This document shows positions 1-15,133 of a stretch of DNA of 64,000 nt, piece after piece. The stretch is from NCBI RefSeq assembly GCF_009914755.1, contig NC_060936.1; one strand, given 5' to 3'. Each line of letters opens with the position of its first letter. Within the stretch, counting starts at the first letter, position 1. The notes below the pieces were generated by a model. It was not told where the DNA came from and searched no databases. It saw nothing but the letters and a program-made list of their open reading frames with translations. A program made the translations under genes and the position numbers. This DNA is from the human T2T-CHM13v2.0 reference genome, Homo sapiens.

Positions 1-2
1 GC

Positions 3-295
3 AAGGTGTGGACATTAATAGAGTGGCTGATGGCAGCCATATGGACTGTTTGGAATGATGCCAGAGAGATATCAAAAATTGTGAGTAAATGGCAATCATA
101 TTCTGATTTGGTGCAGGTACTCTGGGAGATGGGCAGGTGACAGGCTATGTTTTATCTGAATATCCAGGGGCCAGAACGTTTTACCTCCCACATGAGGGAT
201 CTTGTGCTGGGCTCAGCGCCCCCGAGTGCTTTTGGCTAGAGTGCTTTTAGCACCCCCATATATGGGGCACCGCATATATGAAGTGACTACTGGCT
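3..295 (+). pseudogene. ERVL-type gag (capsid) remnant
   Basis: Frame 3 reads KVWTLIEWLMAAIWTVWNDAREISKIVSKWQSYSDLVQVLWEMGR*QAMFYLNIQGPERFTSHMRDLVLGSAPPSAFG, resembling ERV-L gag capsid; has in-frame stops. Confidence 0.65.
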
Positions 296-301
296 GAGGT
301 A

Positions 302-398
302 GTAGACACAACACAGAGAAGCTCCCCACCTGGCTCTCAGCTACTATTGTTTGTGTAGGGTATAAATGTAACGCTGACCCTGTGAGGGGCTGCTGAAT
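302..398 (+). repeat. Ectopic internal copy of LTR segment 3024-3119
   Basis: 97 bp aligns to 3024-3119 with 6 substitutions and 1 indel. Confidence 0.92.
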
Positions 399-1695
399 TG
401 GCTTGTAGGCGATTGGCCCATTTGGGGCTAAGCGATGTGGCAAGACCTCTGGGAAATAGGTCATCAGAAATAGGTAACTATTATGTGTCAGGTCATGTGC
501 CTTTGGCCACCCCCTGTAATGTTGAGGCGGATGCCTTAGCCAAGGTCTGATGGTTAGAGTCGGCACCTACACAAGATGTAGCTTTGTGGCTACACAGGAA
601 ACTGGGACAGTTTCTGAACTGATGTACTGAACTGATGTAACAGGTCAGTAGGTACTGGGGTCTGTCTTTGCCTTCGCAGGACACTTTGGAGGCCTGCCGG
701 AAGTGCCAGGCATGCGCCCAGGCATACCCCAGACGGAGACAGCTGCCCACTGTAACACAGCGAGTGACGGTAGGATGGATGCCCTTGACCAGATGGCAAA
801 TAGATTACATTGGGCCACTTCCAAAAGCGCAGGGCTACACATATGCACTGACGGCTGTAGACACAGCCTCTGGCTTGTTGTTTGCCTACCCTTGCAGGGT
901 GGCTAACCAGCAACACACCATTTGAACCCTGCAATACTTATGTGCTCTATATGGCCAACCCCTGGCTGTTGAAAGTGATAGGGGAACACGTTTCACTGGA
1001 CAGCAGGTATAACAGTGGGCACTACAGATGGACATATGATGGGGGTTTCATGTTCCTTATAACCCACAAGCCACTGATTGAGCGATATAATGGACTCTTG
1101 AAGAACGGGTTACGGTAGCATGTTACTCCCCCATCTTTGCGGGGCTGGAGTTCAAGGTTGGACCTGGTGCTTCAAATTTTGAATGAGTTGCCACAGAAAG
1201 GCGGCCCAGCCCTGGTGGAGGCACTGTTACACCAGGCCGCCATGCCCGTCCATCTATACACATCTAGGATGACCTCCTCCGGCCAAGTATGGGGACAAAT
1301 AGTAATCTATTGTTGCCTGCCCCAGTGCTCCTGAAGACAGGGGAACAGAAATCCTGGTGTCAGCCATGGAACCTCCAAGCCCTTAGGGGAGGGCCTGCGG
1401 TATGACTTACATGTTACTCCTTGGGTATTTAATGTGTATGTAGCCTCTACGATTGACCGTCATAGGGGAACAGCCAGGGAAGGGACCCTCCTTGGGGGGA
1501 TATATGTACTGTCTGTGTGGCCTGTTGTGAGCTCTCCTGTGACTTTGGCACAAGTACAAGACCCAAAAGAACCACGGGGAGCCGAGAAGGTGTGGTTTCA
1601 TCACCCAGGGCAGAAGCCCTTGGTGGCTGCATCGTTATCCAGAGATGAAAAGTTAGCCTGTATGTTGCCTGAGGGACGTGACTTGCCCTGTTAGT
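399..1695 (+). pseudogene. pol remnant: RNase H C-terminus and integrase
   Basis: GHVPLATPCNVEADALAK (RNase H end), CRKCQAC zinc finger, WQIDYIGPLP, AVDTASG, ESDRGTRF, IERYNGLLK (DDE core); stops and frameshifts. Confidence 0.9.
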
Positions 1696-1699
1696 TCCT

Positions 1700-2880
1700 G
1701 TGCCTGTTTTGTCATTCCAGTGGTAGATTGGCGGCTCCAACAGCATCGTAGACTGGGCCCACACCTACGCCGAGGTGACCAATGTCTCCAACTGTTGGAT
1801 CTGCACCGCCCTTCCAGCAGCAGCTGCAGACAGCTGGCCCTGGCATGTGCATCCAGCTTCTGTGAAGAACCGGACATAGCTAGAGACTTGAGGTCCCACA
1901 GACAATGCGTGGGATGCAACACAGTGGGCTTTGGATGGGGGCATGGCAAACCCCATGGCGAGCCTGCCCCCTGGCTGACTCGCAGTGTCCATGATGAATG
2001 GGGCTGGTTAATGGGAAACACATAGTGCCCCCATTGCAGGTACCATGATGTATAGAGAAGCACTGGGGTAATGTCACTGTAGGATGGTTGCCTGCTGAGG
2101 TTTGTGCAAATAAAACATGTGTCACCACACCAAGGGTGTGGAGGAACAAGCGACCTTACCAAGGCCGGGCCCCCATGGACTTTGTGCCCCCTGGGAATTT
2201 ATGGGTCTGTGGGGACACAGGATGGCCAAATCTGCCAGCCAATTGGACTGGACGTTGTACCTGGGGGTGGCCTTATGTGCCTGCCATCATGCTTCCCACA
2301 TTGCCTAGTTGCCCACATAATTGGGAGGCACTGCATTCCCACTTTTTCTGAGTGCAGGGCACCCCCTGGTGGTTTTATCCCTTAGCAATACGTATCCCTG
2401 GAGCAGGTGTCATTACTTTGGAAAAGCAGGTTACAGCCTTTGCAGAGCACACAGCTGGGGCCCTAAATTACACCCAAGTTGCTCTCCTTTTGTTAACTAA
2501 TGAAGTTGACCAGGTCAGGAAGGTGGTGCTGCAAAACACGATGGCCTTAGACATAGCCTTAGACATGCAAGGACATAGGTGGCCCCTGTGCCTTGTAGGG
2601 ACACAATGTTGTACATTTATCCCTGAAAACCACTGGAATGTAACGGCAGCTTTGCAAGGGGTGTCATAGGAGATTAAGGCAATTGAGCACCTTACTGATG
2701 ACCCCCTACAGAGATGGTGGGCGTCTTTTGGGCTCTGGCCTATGTTGGGCTCTCATAATCATAAGTAGCATAGCAGGATATTCCTGGTAGGTTGTTGCTC
2801 TCTGTGTGGTTGCTGTGGCCTATGGGTCCAGGGTACTGCCATATGTGCACAGGTCCCCACCAAGAGGATCCCCTTGGCCT
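1700..2880 (+). pseudogene. env remnant (gamma-type SU/TM)
   Basis: NVSNCWICTALP (CXXC, 1793-1804), WVCG..WPNLPANWTGRC, immunosuppressive-like VLQNTMALD, CLVGTQCC; multiple stops. Confidence 0.88.
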
Positions 2881-2891
2881 AGAGGATGGAG

Positions 2892-3233
2892 TGTAAGGAA
2901 CATGGCTGTGCTGTAGCCAAGCAGGCATAGGGCAGCAGGCATAGGCCAAGGTAAACAGCCTAAATGACTCAGAGGGATTGGGGTGCACGCGCACACTCCC
3001 ATGTCTCATACAATCATAGCCATGTAGACACAACATAGAGAAGCTCCCCACCTGGCTCTCAGTCACTAATGTCTGTGTAGGTATAAATGTAACACTGACC
3101 CTGTGAGGGGCTGCTGAATAAAGCCATGTCTCATCTACCTGCTGTTTCTTGAGTGTTCTTCCACTTTCCTGCCCACATCCGCCCATACCCCTCAGCCCTC
3201 AGCTGGCGCTGGAACCTGGCCCTGAGCATGACA
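2892..3233 (+). mobile_element. 3' LTR (LTR18-like)
   Basis: Starts TGTAAGGAACATGGCTGTG right after the PPT and ends CATGACA; TATAAA 3082-3087, AATAAA 3117-3122, TGACTCA 2965-2971. Confidence 0.85.
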
Positions 3234-3501
<268 letters not shown>

Positions 3502-4265
3502 TTAAAAAGGAAAATTACATCTCACATTTAAGAATGATTGAAAAGAGGTTACATTTATAAAGTTAATTGATAGAGTCAAGTAGGAGTTGTGAATTTGCAG
3601 CATGAAGAGATAAAATTGTCAAGGCAATATTCCAAGTACTTATGTATCTTTGTTAAGCAAAGATACATTTACTTATCACTACTCAAGTCATAATTACACA
3701 ACTCAAGTACATTATCATCTCTATCTAGAGCTTTGTCCAGGGAAAAAGAGATTCTCAGAAAACAGGACTCACCTGTGCTTCACCACATCTTGACAACATT
3801 ATTATTTTACCCACACAGGGGTTAATATGTGTTCTGGAAACTGACCATATTCTTTATAAGTAATCCACAAAAAACTGAGACAAGGAAGGTTCAGAAATAT
3901 ATTTCTGAATATTGCCCTTCCCATATGGCCCTGCTTCGGTTCATATAACTCCATGTTATATGTTTCCAGCAGAATCTTTTGTTTTAAGACCTTCCACTGC
4001 AACAAGGCAATTTATAGACAAGCCTGTCTGTGAACAGGTGACGGGCTGGACACGGACTAGCCATATAGCATGAAACCCTTCTGCAACACTAACCACCTCA
4101 CGTATAATGGAATTTGGCTTTGGCAGTTAAATCTTGGACTCATTCCAGAAGATTTAGTTCAGGAAATACCACAGGTTCTCACGACCGTGCAGCAGCTTCA
4201 CTTTTAAGGCCAGACGGGGTTTAGTGTCAGGAATGCAGACACCGGGTGTCAGAAAATTTCCAGAC

Positions 4266-4284
4266 GGCCACCAGATGGCCTCAC
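4266..4284 (+). promoter_or_regulatory. Candidate CTCF site
   Basis: GGCCACCAGATGGCCTCAC closely matches the CTCF core motif; lies in non-repetitive sequence. Confidence 0.5.
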
Positions 4285-4703
4285 TGTTCAGAACCACATT
4301 ATACTGTATGTTTAAGTTACAGTTTTAGTCCTTGAAGCCAGATGATGGGCCCAGATGTATATTTTAAAGGTTGCTATTAAAATCATAATCATCAAGTGAC
4401 AGATTTTTTTGTTATTCACTAGGTTTTTAACCTAGTTTACCAATAACAATGCGGGTGTCTAATTTCTAGAATCTCCAGGGGAAGGAAATAGAATATTACA
4501 CATTTTTTACTCTAATCTTAGAGCCAAAGTATTTCCTGTACAATGTTATATACTTTTGTTGAGTTTCCTTGGAATCTGGATGACATTATTGACCATAGTG
4601 ATCAACCTACTATTTAATGAGTGTATTTTTTAAAAAGTGATATGCTGAAAGTCCTTTAAACATATTATAAATTGTTTCTGCAAAAGGTTGCAATTAGTTT
4701 TAG

Positions 4704-5198
<495 letters not shown>

Positions 5199-5869
5199 TG
5201 ACAAAAGCCCCCCGCAGTTGCTCCTGTAATCTATAAAGAGGCATATCAGGGATGTTGGCTGGCTCTTCCTCCTTCTATGATAAGCATGAGAGAACAGCCT
5301 TATCAGTATACCAAGCAGTGTGGTTTAGGGTTGCCTGCTATTTACAAGAGTTATTTAGAATGCCAGACACTCAGCACCTAGGGACTCTGGAGCCTGTAGG
5401 ATGTTTCAGCCCATTGCCAACATGTCCTCGGCAGGGAATGAAAGCACCAGTTACATGAGAAGACGAGCTTGGGCACTGCCCCTCCAACTGAGAGAAGGGC
5501 AAGACCCCGAGTCCTAATTACCCTTTGGCCAGGCCACCCAGATAAGCTCACTGGGTTATGTGGGACAATTATACTCCCTGCATAAAATTTAGCCATTTGA
5601 TTAAGCAAAAAGCAGAAATAAACATTTTTACTTTTATTTCTTTGATTACTAACTTATATGTGCTTTTTTACATTTTTATTGACCAGTTGTATTCTTTCAG
5701 TGATAGATTTATACACTTTGCCCACTTTTCTTTGGAGATATTAATATTTTACTCTTTAATTCATAAAATAATTATTATATAGAATGTCTTTTAATCCAAT
5801 AAGATCACCATGTAGTTTTTCTTGTTAGATCTATTGATAACATATTTTGCATTAATACAGAGAATATTT

Positions 5870-6330
5870 GTTGATTGTTTCCTCAGTATCCACACTCGCC
5901 CCTTCCCTGTAGTATCCTAATGCTTGTTTGGGGATCCAAGTGGTACCAGAAAAGCTGATTAGACCCCCAACTCCAGGTGGGACATAGACCTTGACCAACC
6001 AAGTCATGGCCCTCACCAACACGGTTGGTATAAGGGTGAGCATGTGACCCAAATCATTCTAATCAGGGGAAAACTCAAGATTCTTGCTATAAATGCTGAC
6101 ACAGAGAGACAATCCCTACTTCTTGCTAAATAAAAATATTGAAGCACACAACCTCAGAAGCCACTGGCAGCCAACCTGGGGACTCGGTTTAGGATGAAAG
6201 TCATAGCAAAGAAGACAGGGCAGATAATAAATAGTTTTTGGCATAATATTATGGAGCTACCAGATCAAGCCTCACCTGAGGGGACCCTACTAATGGATAT
6301 TTTAGTTCCATGAAGCCAAGAAGATATACT
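5870..6330 (+). mobile_element. Old MaLR LTR (MLT1K/L-like)
   Basis: gagcatgtgacccaa...aatcag and gccactggcagcca motifs typical of MLT1; highly diverged. Confidence 0.5.
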
Positions 6331-6384
6331 GAGCAGTACACACTGGAATAGCCATCCCTGTCATCCATGGGTGACATCATTCTT

Positions 6385-6872
6385 TTTTTTTTTTTAATTT
6401 TATTTTAAGTTCGGGGGTACATGTGCAGGATGTGCAGGTTTGATACACAGGTAAATGTGTGCCATCCCCTAGGTATTAAGCCCGTCATGCATTAGCTATG
6501 TTTCCTGATGCCCTTCTCTCACCCCTCCCCCTCCCCCGACAGGCCCCAGTGTGTGTTGTTCCCCTCCCTGTGTCCATGTATTCTCATTGTTCAGCTCCCA
6601 TTTATAAGTGAGAACATGCAGTATTTGGTTTTCTATTCCTGCATTAGTTTGCTGAGGATAATGGCTTCCAGCTTCATCCACGTCCCTGCAAAGGACATAA
6701 TCTCGTTCCTTTTTATGGATGCATAGTATTCCATGGTACACATGTACCACATTTTCTTTATCCAGTCTATCACTGATGGGCATTTGGGTTGATTCCATAT
6801 CTTTGCTATTGTGAATAGTGCTGCAATGAACATACATGTGCATGTATCTTTATAACAGAATGATTTATATTC
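6385..6872 (-). mobile_element. L1PA 3' end, 5'-truncated
   Basis: ORF2 C-terminus (MFIAALFTIAKIWNQPKCPS), 3'UTR and poly-A; TSD ACATCATTCTT at 6374-6384 and 6873-6883. Confidence 0.93.
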
Positions 6873-7108
6873 ACATCATTCTTATTACTCAGATGCCTAC
6901 TCTAATTGGTTAATACCTATGCTGTAGTGGCTGTTAAATATTTTTAATATCATCCTTATATGTACCAGGAATTATCCTTTATTATTAAGCTAGTTTGAGT
7001 AAGGTTTGGCTTTTGGGTTTTGTTGTGTTTTTTTCTTTTTCATCTACAGCATATTCAGTAGTACCTCTAAGACACCGATTTTTTCAAAGTTTAATAGAAG
7101 CTTTCATT

Positions 7109-7945
<837 letters not shown>

Positions 7946-8069
7946 ACTCTGCTCTGAAAGATGCTTGACAAAGTGAAGAATCATTAAAAATACACATACT
8001 TTAAAAATTTTGTTCTAACTTAAAACATGTAAGACAATATTGATTTGCCAAGTTGGGGGAAGGATTATT

Positions 8070-8812
8070 ACAGATTGAGTATCTCTTATCCAAAATGCTT
8101 GGGACCAAAATTCCAAAATTTTGGATTTTGGAACTTTTTGGATATTGGAATATCTGCAAACATATAATGGCATACCTTGATGATGGGACCCCAGTCTAAA
8201 CACAAGCTTAGTTTATATTTCTTGCTATAAATGCTGACACAAAGACAATCCTTATTTCTTGCTAAATAAAAATATTGAAGCACATGACCTCCTTCTTTTA
8301 ATCTATATGTATACTTTACACACATAACCTGATGATAATTTTATACAATATTTTAAATAAAGTTGTGTATGAAACAAAGTTTATGTTAAGTACTTATGCA
8401 TGGAATTTTCCATTTGTATCATCATGTTGACACTCAAAAATTTCAAATTTTGGAGCATTTCAGATTTCAAATTTTCAGATTAGAAATGCTCAACCTGACC
8501 GAGCGCAGTGGTTACGCCTCTAATCCCAGCAATTTGGGAGGCCAAGGTGTGCAGATTACCTGAGGTCAGGAGTTCGAGACCAGCCTGGCCTACATGGTGA
8601 AATCCTATCTCTACTAACAATACAAAAATTAGCCAGACATAGTGGTGGGCCCCTGTAATCCCAGCTACTTGGGAGGCTGAGGCAGGAGAATTGCTTGAAC
8701 CTCAGAGGCAGAGGTTGCAGTGAGCCAAGACTGCACCATTGCACTGCAGCTGGACAACAAGAGCAAAATTTCATCTCAAAAAAATAAATAAATAAAGGAA
8801 TGCTCAACCTGT
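8070..8812. mobile_element. Tigger4/MER46-type DNA transposon relic, with an Alu in its right TIR
   Basis: Ends cagattgagtatctcttatccaaaatgcttgggacc ... atgctcaacctgta. Confidence 0.8.
8497..8796 (+). mobile_element. Alu (AluS-like)
   Basis: Alu consensus; TSD aatgctcaacctg on both sides. Confidence 0.95.
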
Positions 8813-8814
8813 AT

Positions 8815-9200
8815 TCTTTGTTTCCACTTCTTCCTGGGCACATGGTGAAACCACATTCCCCATCTTGCCTGCAGTTAGCTATAACCATGTGCCTAAGTTA
8901 TAGCCCTTGAAATGTGAACCCAAGTGATGTGATCACTTCCTAGGCTTGACCCACCCATGAGAACTTCGACATGGTAGACTTTGTGCTTTCTTTCCTTCTG
9001 TGGCTTAATGCATTAGAGCATGGCCACCTTGGAAGCCATATGTTGAAAACGTCAGAGCCAAAAGGTAGAAGTAGCCTGATGCCTATCCACCAGGAACCCA
9101 TTTTAGATTTGATGTAACTAAGAAAAGTGCTAATTGTATTAAGCCATTGAGATTTAGGGGTTTGTCTAGTATAACCAAAACTAGCATTGTCCTAACTAGT
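8815..9200 (+). mobile_element. MaLR LTR (MLT1J/I-like)
   Basis: cctgcagttagctataaccatgtg, ggccaccttggaagcca, aagccattgagatttagggg motifs. Confidence 0.65.
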
Positions 9201-9359
9201 TTTGAAACTAACTAATAACTTTTCTTTGAGTATCAGTTTCCTAATTAGAATTCTATATAATCTTTCTTACCTAAATGAAACCCCTAATGCATTGTTATTT
9301 CCAATTTAGCTTCTTTAAAGAAAGTAATTTCAACTTGCTCTTAAAATAAGTACAGGATT

Positions 9360-9697
<338 letters not shown>

Positions 9698-10456
9698 TTA
9701 CAGTTGTCTCATTCTCACCTAATTTAATTTTTAATGGATCACTTGTATTGAGTTCATCTGATATTCAATTTAGTTTTCATAGAAACAATTCTTTTTCCAT
9801 GTTCGTATTTCATCAGTTTACATAAATATTTAATTAGATTCCATAAATATATTAACAAATACAATTGACATAAACTTGTTTGGAAACCTATTATTATAGG
9901 AACTGAACTGCCAGGGAACATGAGGGCAAATTAGCCATAAGGATTCATCCTTCTGTGGACAGAAGTCAATGTTTTATAGACAAAATGATGAACTTTTCTT
10001 AATCTGGTGAATCAGTTAAGTAGAGATTGATCAACTGAATATAATTGAGTTTAATTTTCCTATTTTTTTCCATTACAAATTTCTCATATGTATTTGCACA
10101 TAAAATTGTTCTATAGTTTGATATTTTTGTTTTTTATATATCAGGTCCAAATGGTGAGGCTGTGCTAACTGTATAGAATGAATTTGTTGGTATCATTTAT
10201 TTCTATGTAATTAACAGAGCATAAGATTTATATGTTTCTTGAAGAAACAAAATAATTAGATCTGGGAATCTCTCTGTGAGGTAATTATTTTATAATTTCT
10301 TTCAGGGTTGTTTTTCTATTCAGATTGTCGCTTCTTGAGTCAATTTTATTAATATGTTTTATCAGAAAACCATCTACTTCATTGGGGAGATTTTCAAATG
10401 TATTAGCATTAAGTCAAGCGTAACATTCTCTTCTAAATTATTTAATTATGGAAATT

Positions 10457-10898
10457 GTCTTAGTCTGTTTGTGTTGCTATAACGAAATACTTGAGAGTGG
10501 GTAACTTGAAAAGAGGTTTATTTTGCTCATGGTTCTGCAGGCTGGACAGTTCAAGGGCATAGCTTCTGGCAGGGCTTTCAGTGCTGCATTGTAACATGGT
10601 GAAGAAGGTCAAAAGGGAAGCAAACATGTGAAGACACAAACCTGAGGGACATCCTAGCTTTATAACAACCCACTCTCTCGGGAACTAATCCATTCCAGTG
10701 GGAACTAAAAACTAATCAGTCTCACCTGTGTGAGAACTCACTCACTACCTCGAAAAGGAAACCAAGCCATTCATGAGGGAGCCACCCCATGAATCAAACA
10801 CTTTCCAATAGGCCCACCTCCAAACATTGCCACCCAAGGGACAAAATTTCAACATGAGTTTTGGTGATGACAAACAAACCACATTCAAACCATAGCAG
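10457..10898 (-). mobile_element. MaLR LTR (MSTB-like)
   Basis: tgtcttagtctgtttgtgttgctataac ... cattcaaaccatagca termini. Confidence 0.85.
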
Positions 10899-11358
10899 AA
10901 ATGCTTAAGCATACATATAAGTGGTTAGAATAGTATAATGAACACCCAAGCACCCATTACCAGCTTCAAAAGTAATCATCATTTTCACCAATACTCCTTT
11001 GCCTATTTCCCTATTACTTTTTTAAGCACAGCACTGTGATTTAAAACAAACTCCAGACTTCCTGTTACTCACCCATATGCATTTCAATAATTCTCACAGA
11101 AAAGAACTTTTTTATATAAAAGTTTAACCTTTTCTATGTCTAAAATTTTACCTCATTTTTAATTTTTTGTTTTTTCTCTTCTATTTTTCCCAAGATTTTC
11201 TTAAAGACATTGGTTTCTCAGAGTCTTCTCTTGCATTAATATCAACTCTGCAGTGCTTCTGTTTTCAGCGATTTCTGTTAATTTAATATTTCATTCTTAC
11301 TACTGCTCTCCTTAGGTTGGTTCAGTTTGTTTTTCTCAGGTTGAGTGCTTGCTTGTTA

Positions 11359-11676
<318 letters not shown>

Positions 11677-11954
11677 TCAATTTGCTTCTGAACACACCTT
11701 CAGCCTCATCCCTTATGATGTTCTCATATTCCATGTTTTCCAAGTACTCTATAATTGTGGTTTTTAATTTCTACTTTAAACCATAAATTATTTAAATTGT
11801 TGCTTCTCTTTCCTTTTTTCTCATTTCTAAGTGCATGTAAGGTTTTTTAAATGTTTATATTAATTTTGTAGTATTTATTTCCCTTTGCCCACTCCCATGT
11901 CCTAGCATTTATTATTATATCACATATAATAATGCTACATTATTATAAAAATAT

Positions 11955-12558
<604 letters not shown>

Positions 12559-12604
12559 TTATTATTTGCTAAATCAGCAGAAGAACTAAAGCAATAGATT
12601 CTAG

Positions 12605-13236
12605 ATCTGTGCTGTTCAATACAGGAGCCAAATGTAACTACTGAATACAGTTGACCCTTGAACAACACAGGTTTAAACTGTGCAGGTCCATCTATACACG
12701 GATTTTTTTCTGCCTCTGCCACCTCTGAGACAGCAAGACCAACCTCTCCTCTTTCTCCTCCTCCTCAGCCTCCTCAACATGAAAAGGATGAGGATGAAGA
12801 CTTTTATGATGATGTACTTCCACTTATGAAGAATACATATAATCTTCTTTATAATTTTTAATAACATTTTCTTTTCTTCTTTCTCTAGCTTTTTCTATTG
12901 TAAGAATTATGGTATATAATACATATAACATACAAAATATGTGTGAATCAACAGTATGTTAACAGTAAGGCTTCTGGTTAACAGCAGGCTACTAGTAGTT
13001 AGGTTTGGGATAGTCAAAAGTTATACACGAATATTCAACTATGTGAGGGGTCAGCACCCCAGCCCCATATTGTTCAAGGGTCAACTTGAAATGTGCCTAG
13101 TCTCAAATGAGATATGGTTTAGTATGAAACAAAAAAGAAGGTGCTAAATCTCAATAATACTTTAATATTGACAACATTTGGAAATGATAATATTTTAGAT
13201 ATAATGGGGTAAATAAAATATATTATTGAAATTAAA
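12605..13236. mobile_element. MER33-like hAT relic split by Tigger2a
   Basis: gtgctgttcaatac...actactgaata | cttgaaatgtgcctagt...aaataaaatatattattgaaattaa. Confidence 0.6.
12648..13086 (+). mobile_element. Tigger2a DNA transposon relic
   Basis: TIRs cagttgacccttgaacaa / ttgttcaagggtcaact. Confidence 0.9.
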
Positions 13237-13237
13237 G

Positions 13238-15133
13238 CCAAACAAGCACACTACAAAAAAAGAAAATTACAGGCCAATATTCCTGATGAACATTGTTGCA
13301 AAAATTCTCAACAAAATATTAGCAAACCAAATTTAACAACACATTACAAGAATCATTCACCATGACAAATGGGATTTATCCCTGAGATGCAAGGATGATT
13401 AAACATATGCAAATTAACAAATGTGATATTCCATATTAACAAAGTAAAGAATATATAACATATCATTTTAACAGATGCAAAAAAAAAAAGGCATTTGGCA
13501 AATTTCAACCTCTTTTATGATAAAAAAAACTCTCAGCCGATTAGATATAGAGAAAATGTACCTCAACTCAATAAAGGCCATATGGGAGAACTCATAGCTA
13601 ACTAACATCATACTTAGTGGTTAGGAAACTTTTTAAAAAATAAAATAAAATAACAGTGAAAAATTGAAACCTTTTTCCTCCAAGATCAGGGACAAGAAAA
13701 GGATGCCCATTTCCACCACTTCTTTTCAACATAGTATTGGAAGTCCTAGCCAGAGCAATTAGGCAAGAAAAAGAAATAAAAGGAATCCTAATAGGAAAGG
13801 AAGAAGTGAAATTGTATCTGTTTGCTGGCAACATAATCTTATATATAGAAAATCCTAAAGATGCCATCAAAAAAGCTGTTGGAACAGATAAATGAATTTA
13901 ATAAAGTTGTAAGATACAAACTCAACACACAAAAATCAGTAGTGTTTCTACACATCAATAACAAACTATCCAAAAATTAAATTAAGAAAATATTCCCATT
14001 TACAATAGCAACAGAAAAATAAAATATTTGGGCGTAAATTTAACCAAGGAGGTGGAAGACCTATATGCTGAAAACTACAAAACACTGATGAAAAAGAAAT
14101 TGAAGAAAACACGAATAAATTGAAAGATACTCCATGTTCACAGATTGGAAGAATTAATATTAAAATGTCTATACTTCCCAAAGCATTCTTTAGATTCAGC
14201 GCAATCCTTATCAAAATTCCATTACATTTTCACAGAAATAGAAAAAAAAATCCTTTAAATCCATATAGAATTACAAAAGACTCTGAAAGCCAAAACAATC
14301 TTGAACAAAAAGAACCAATCTAGAGGCATCCCACTCCCTGATTTTAAAATATGTTATAAAGTGATTGTAATTAAAACAGCATGGTACTGATGTAAAAAAA
14401 GATACCTCAAACAATGGAACAGAATAGAAAGCCCAGAAATAAAACGCACACTTCATAGTCAATTGATTTTTGACAAAGTTGCCAAGAAGACACAATGGGA
14501 AAAGGACAGTCTCTTCAAGAAATGGTGTTGGAAAAACTGGATATCCACATGCAGAAGAATACAATTGGAATCTTATCTCACACTAAATACAAAAATCAAC
14601 TCTAAATGAAATAAAGGCTTATATATAAGACCTGAAACTGTAAAACTACTGGAAGAAAACATAGGTGAAAATCTCCATGATATCAGTCTGGGCAATGATT
14701 TTTTTGGATATGATGCCAAAAGCACAGGTAACAAAAGGAAAAATAGACAAATGAGGTTGCACAAAATTAAAAAGCTTCTGCACTGCAAAGGAAACAATTA
14801 ACAAAGTGAAGAGACAACCCATAGAGTGGGAGAAAATATTTGCAAATCATACATCTGATAAGGGGTTAAAATCCAAAATATAGAAAGAACTCAACTCAAT
14901 AGCAAAGAAACCAATAATCCAATTTAAAAATGGGCAAAAGACCTGAACAGACATTTCTCAAAAGAAAACTTGAAAACAGCTAAAACGTTCATGAAAAATT
15001 GCTCAACATCATTATCATTAGGAAAATGCAAATTAAAAAATGAGATACCACCTTTTAGAGAGGCTATTACCAAAAAGCTGAAAGATAACAAGTCTTGGTG
15101 AGAAGAGAGGGAAAGGGAACCCTTGTACACTGC
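13238..15133 (+). mobile_element. Old L1 ORF2 fragment (RT domain to C-terminus), degraded
   Basis: [23 protein letters not shown]; ctgtttgctggcaacata (FADD motif decayed); many stops. Confidence 0.92.

Larger units (their letters stand above)
1..3233 (+). mobile_element. Degraded class III endogenous retrovirus (HERV-S/HERVL18-like), 3' portion, with large internal deletion
   Basis: Order gag remnant - RNaseH/integrase - env - polypurine tract (agaggatggag, 2881-2891) - TG...CA LTR; ERVL-type gag/IN combined with an env is characteristic of HERV-S. Confidence 0.85.

Noticed and set aside
1265-1560. dUTPase remnant after the integrase core, as in HERV-L
   Set aside because: Position is suggestive but I could not recognise the conserved dUTPase motifs
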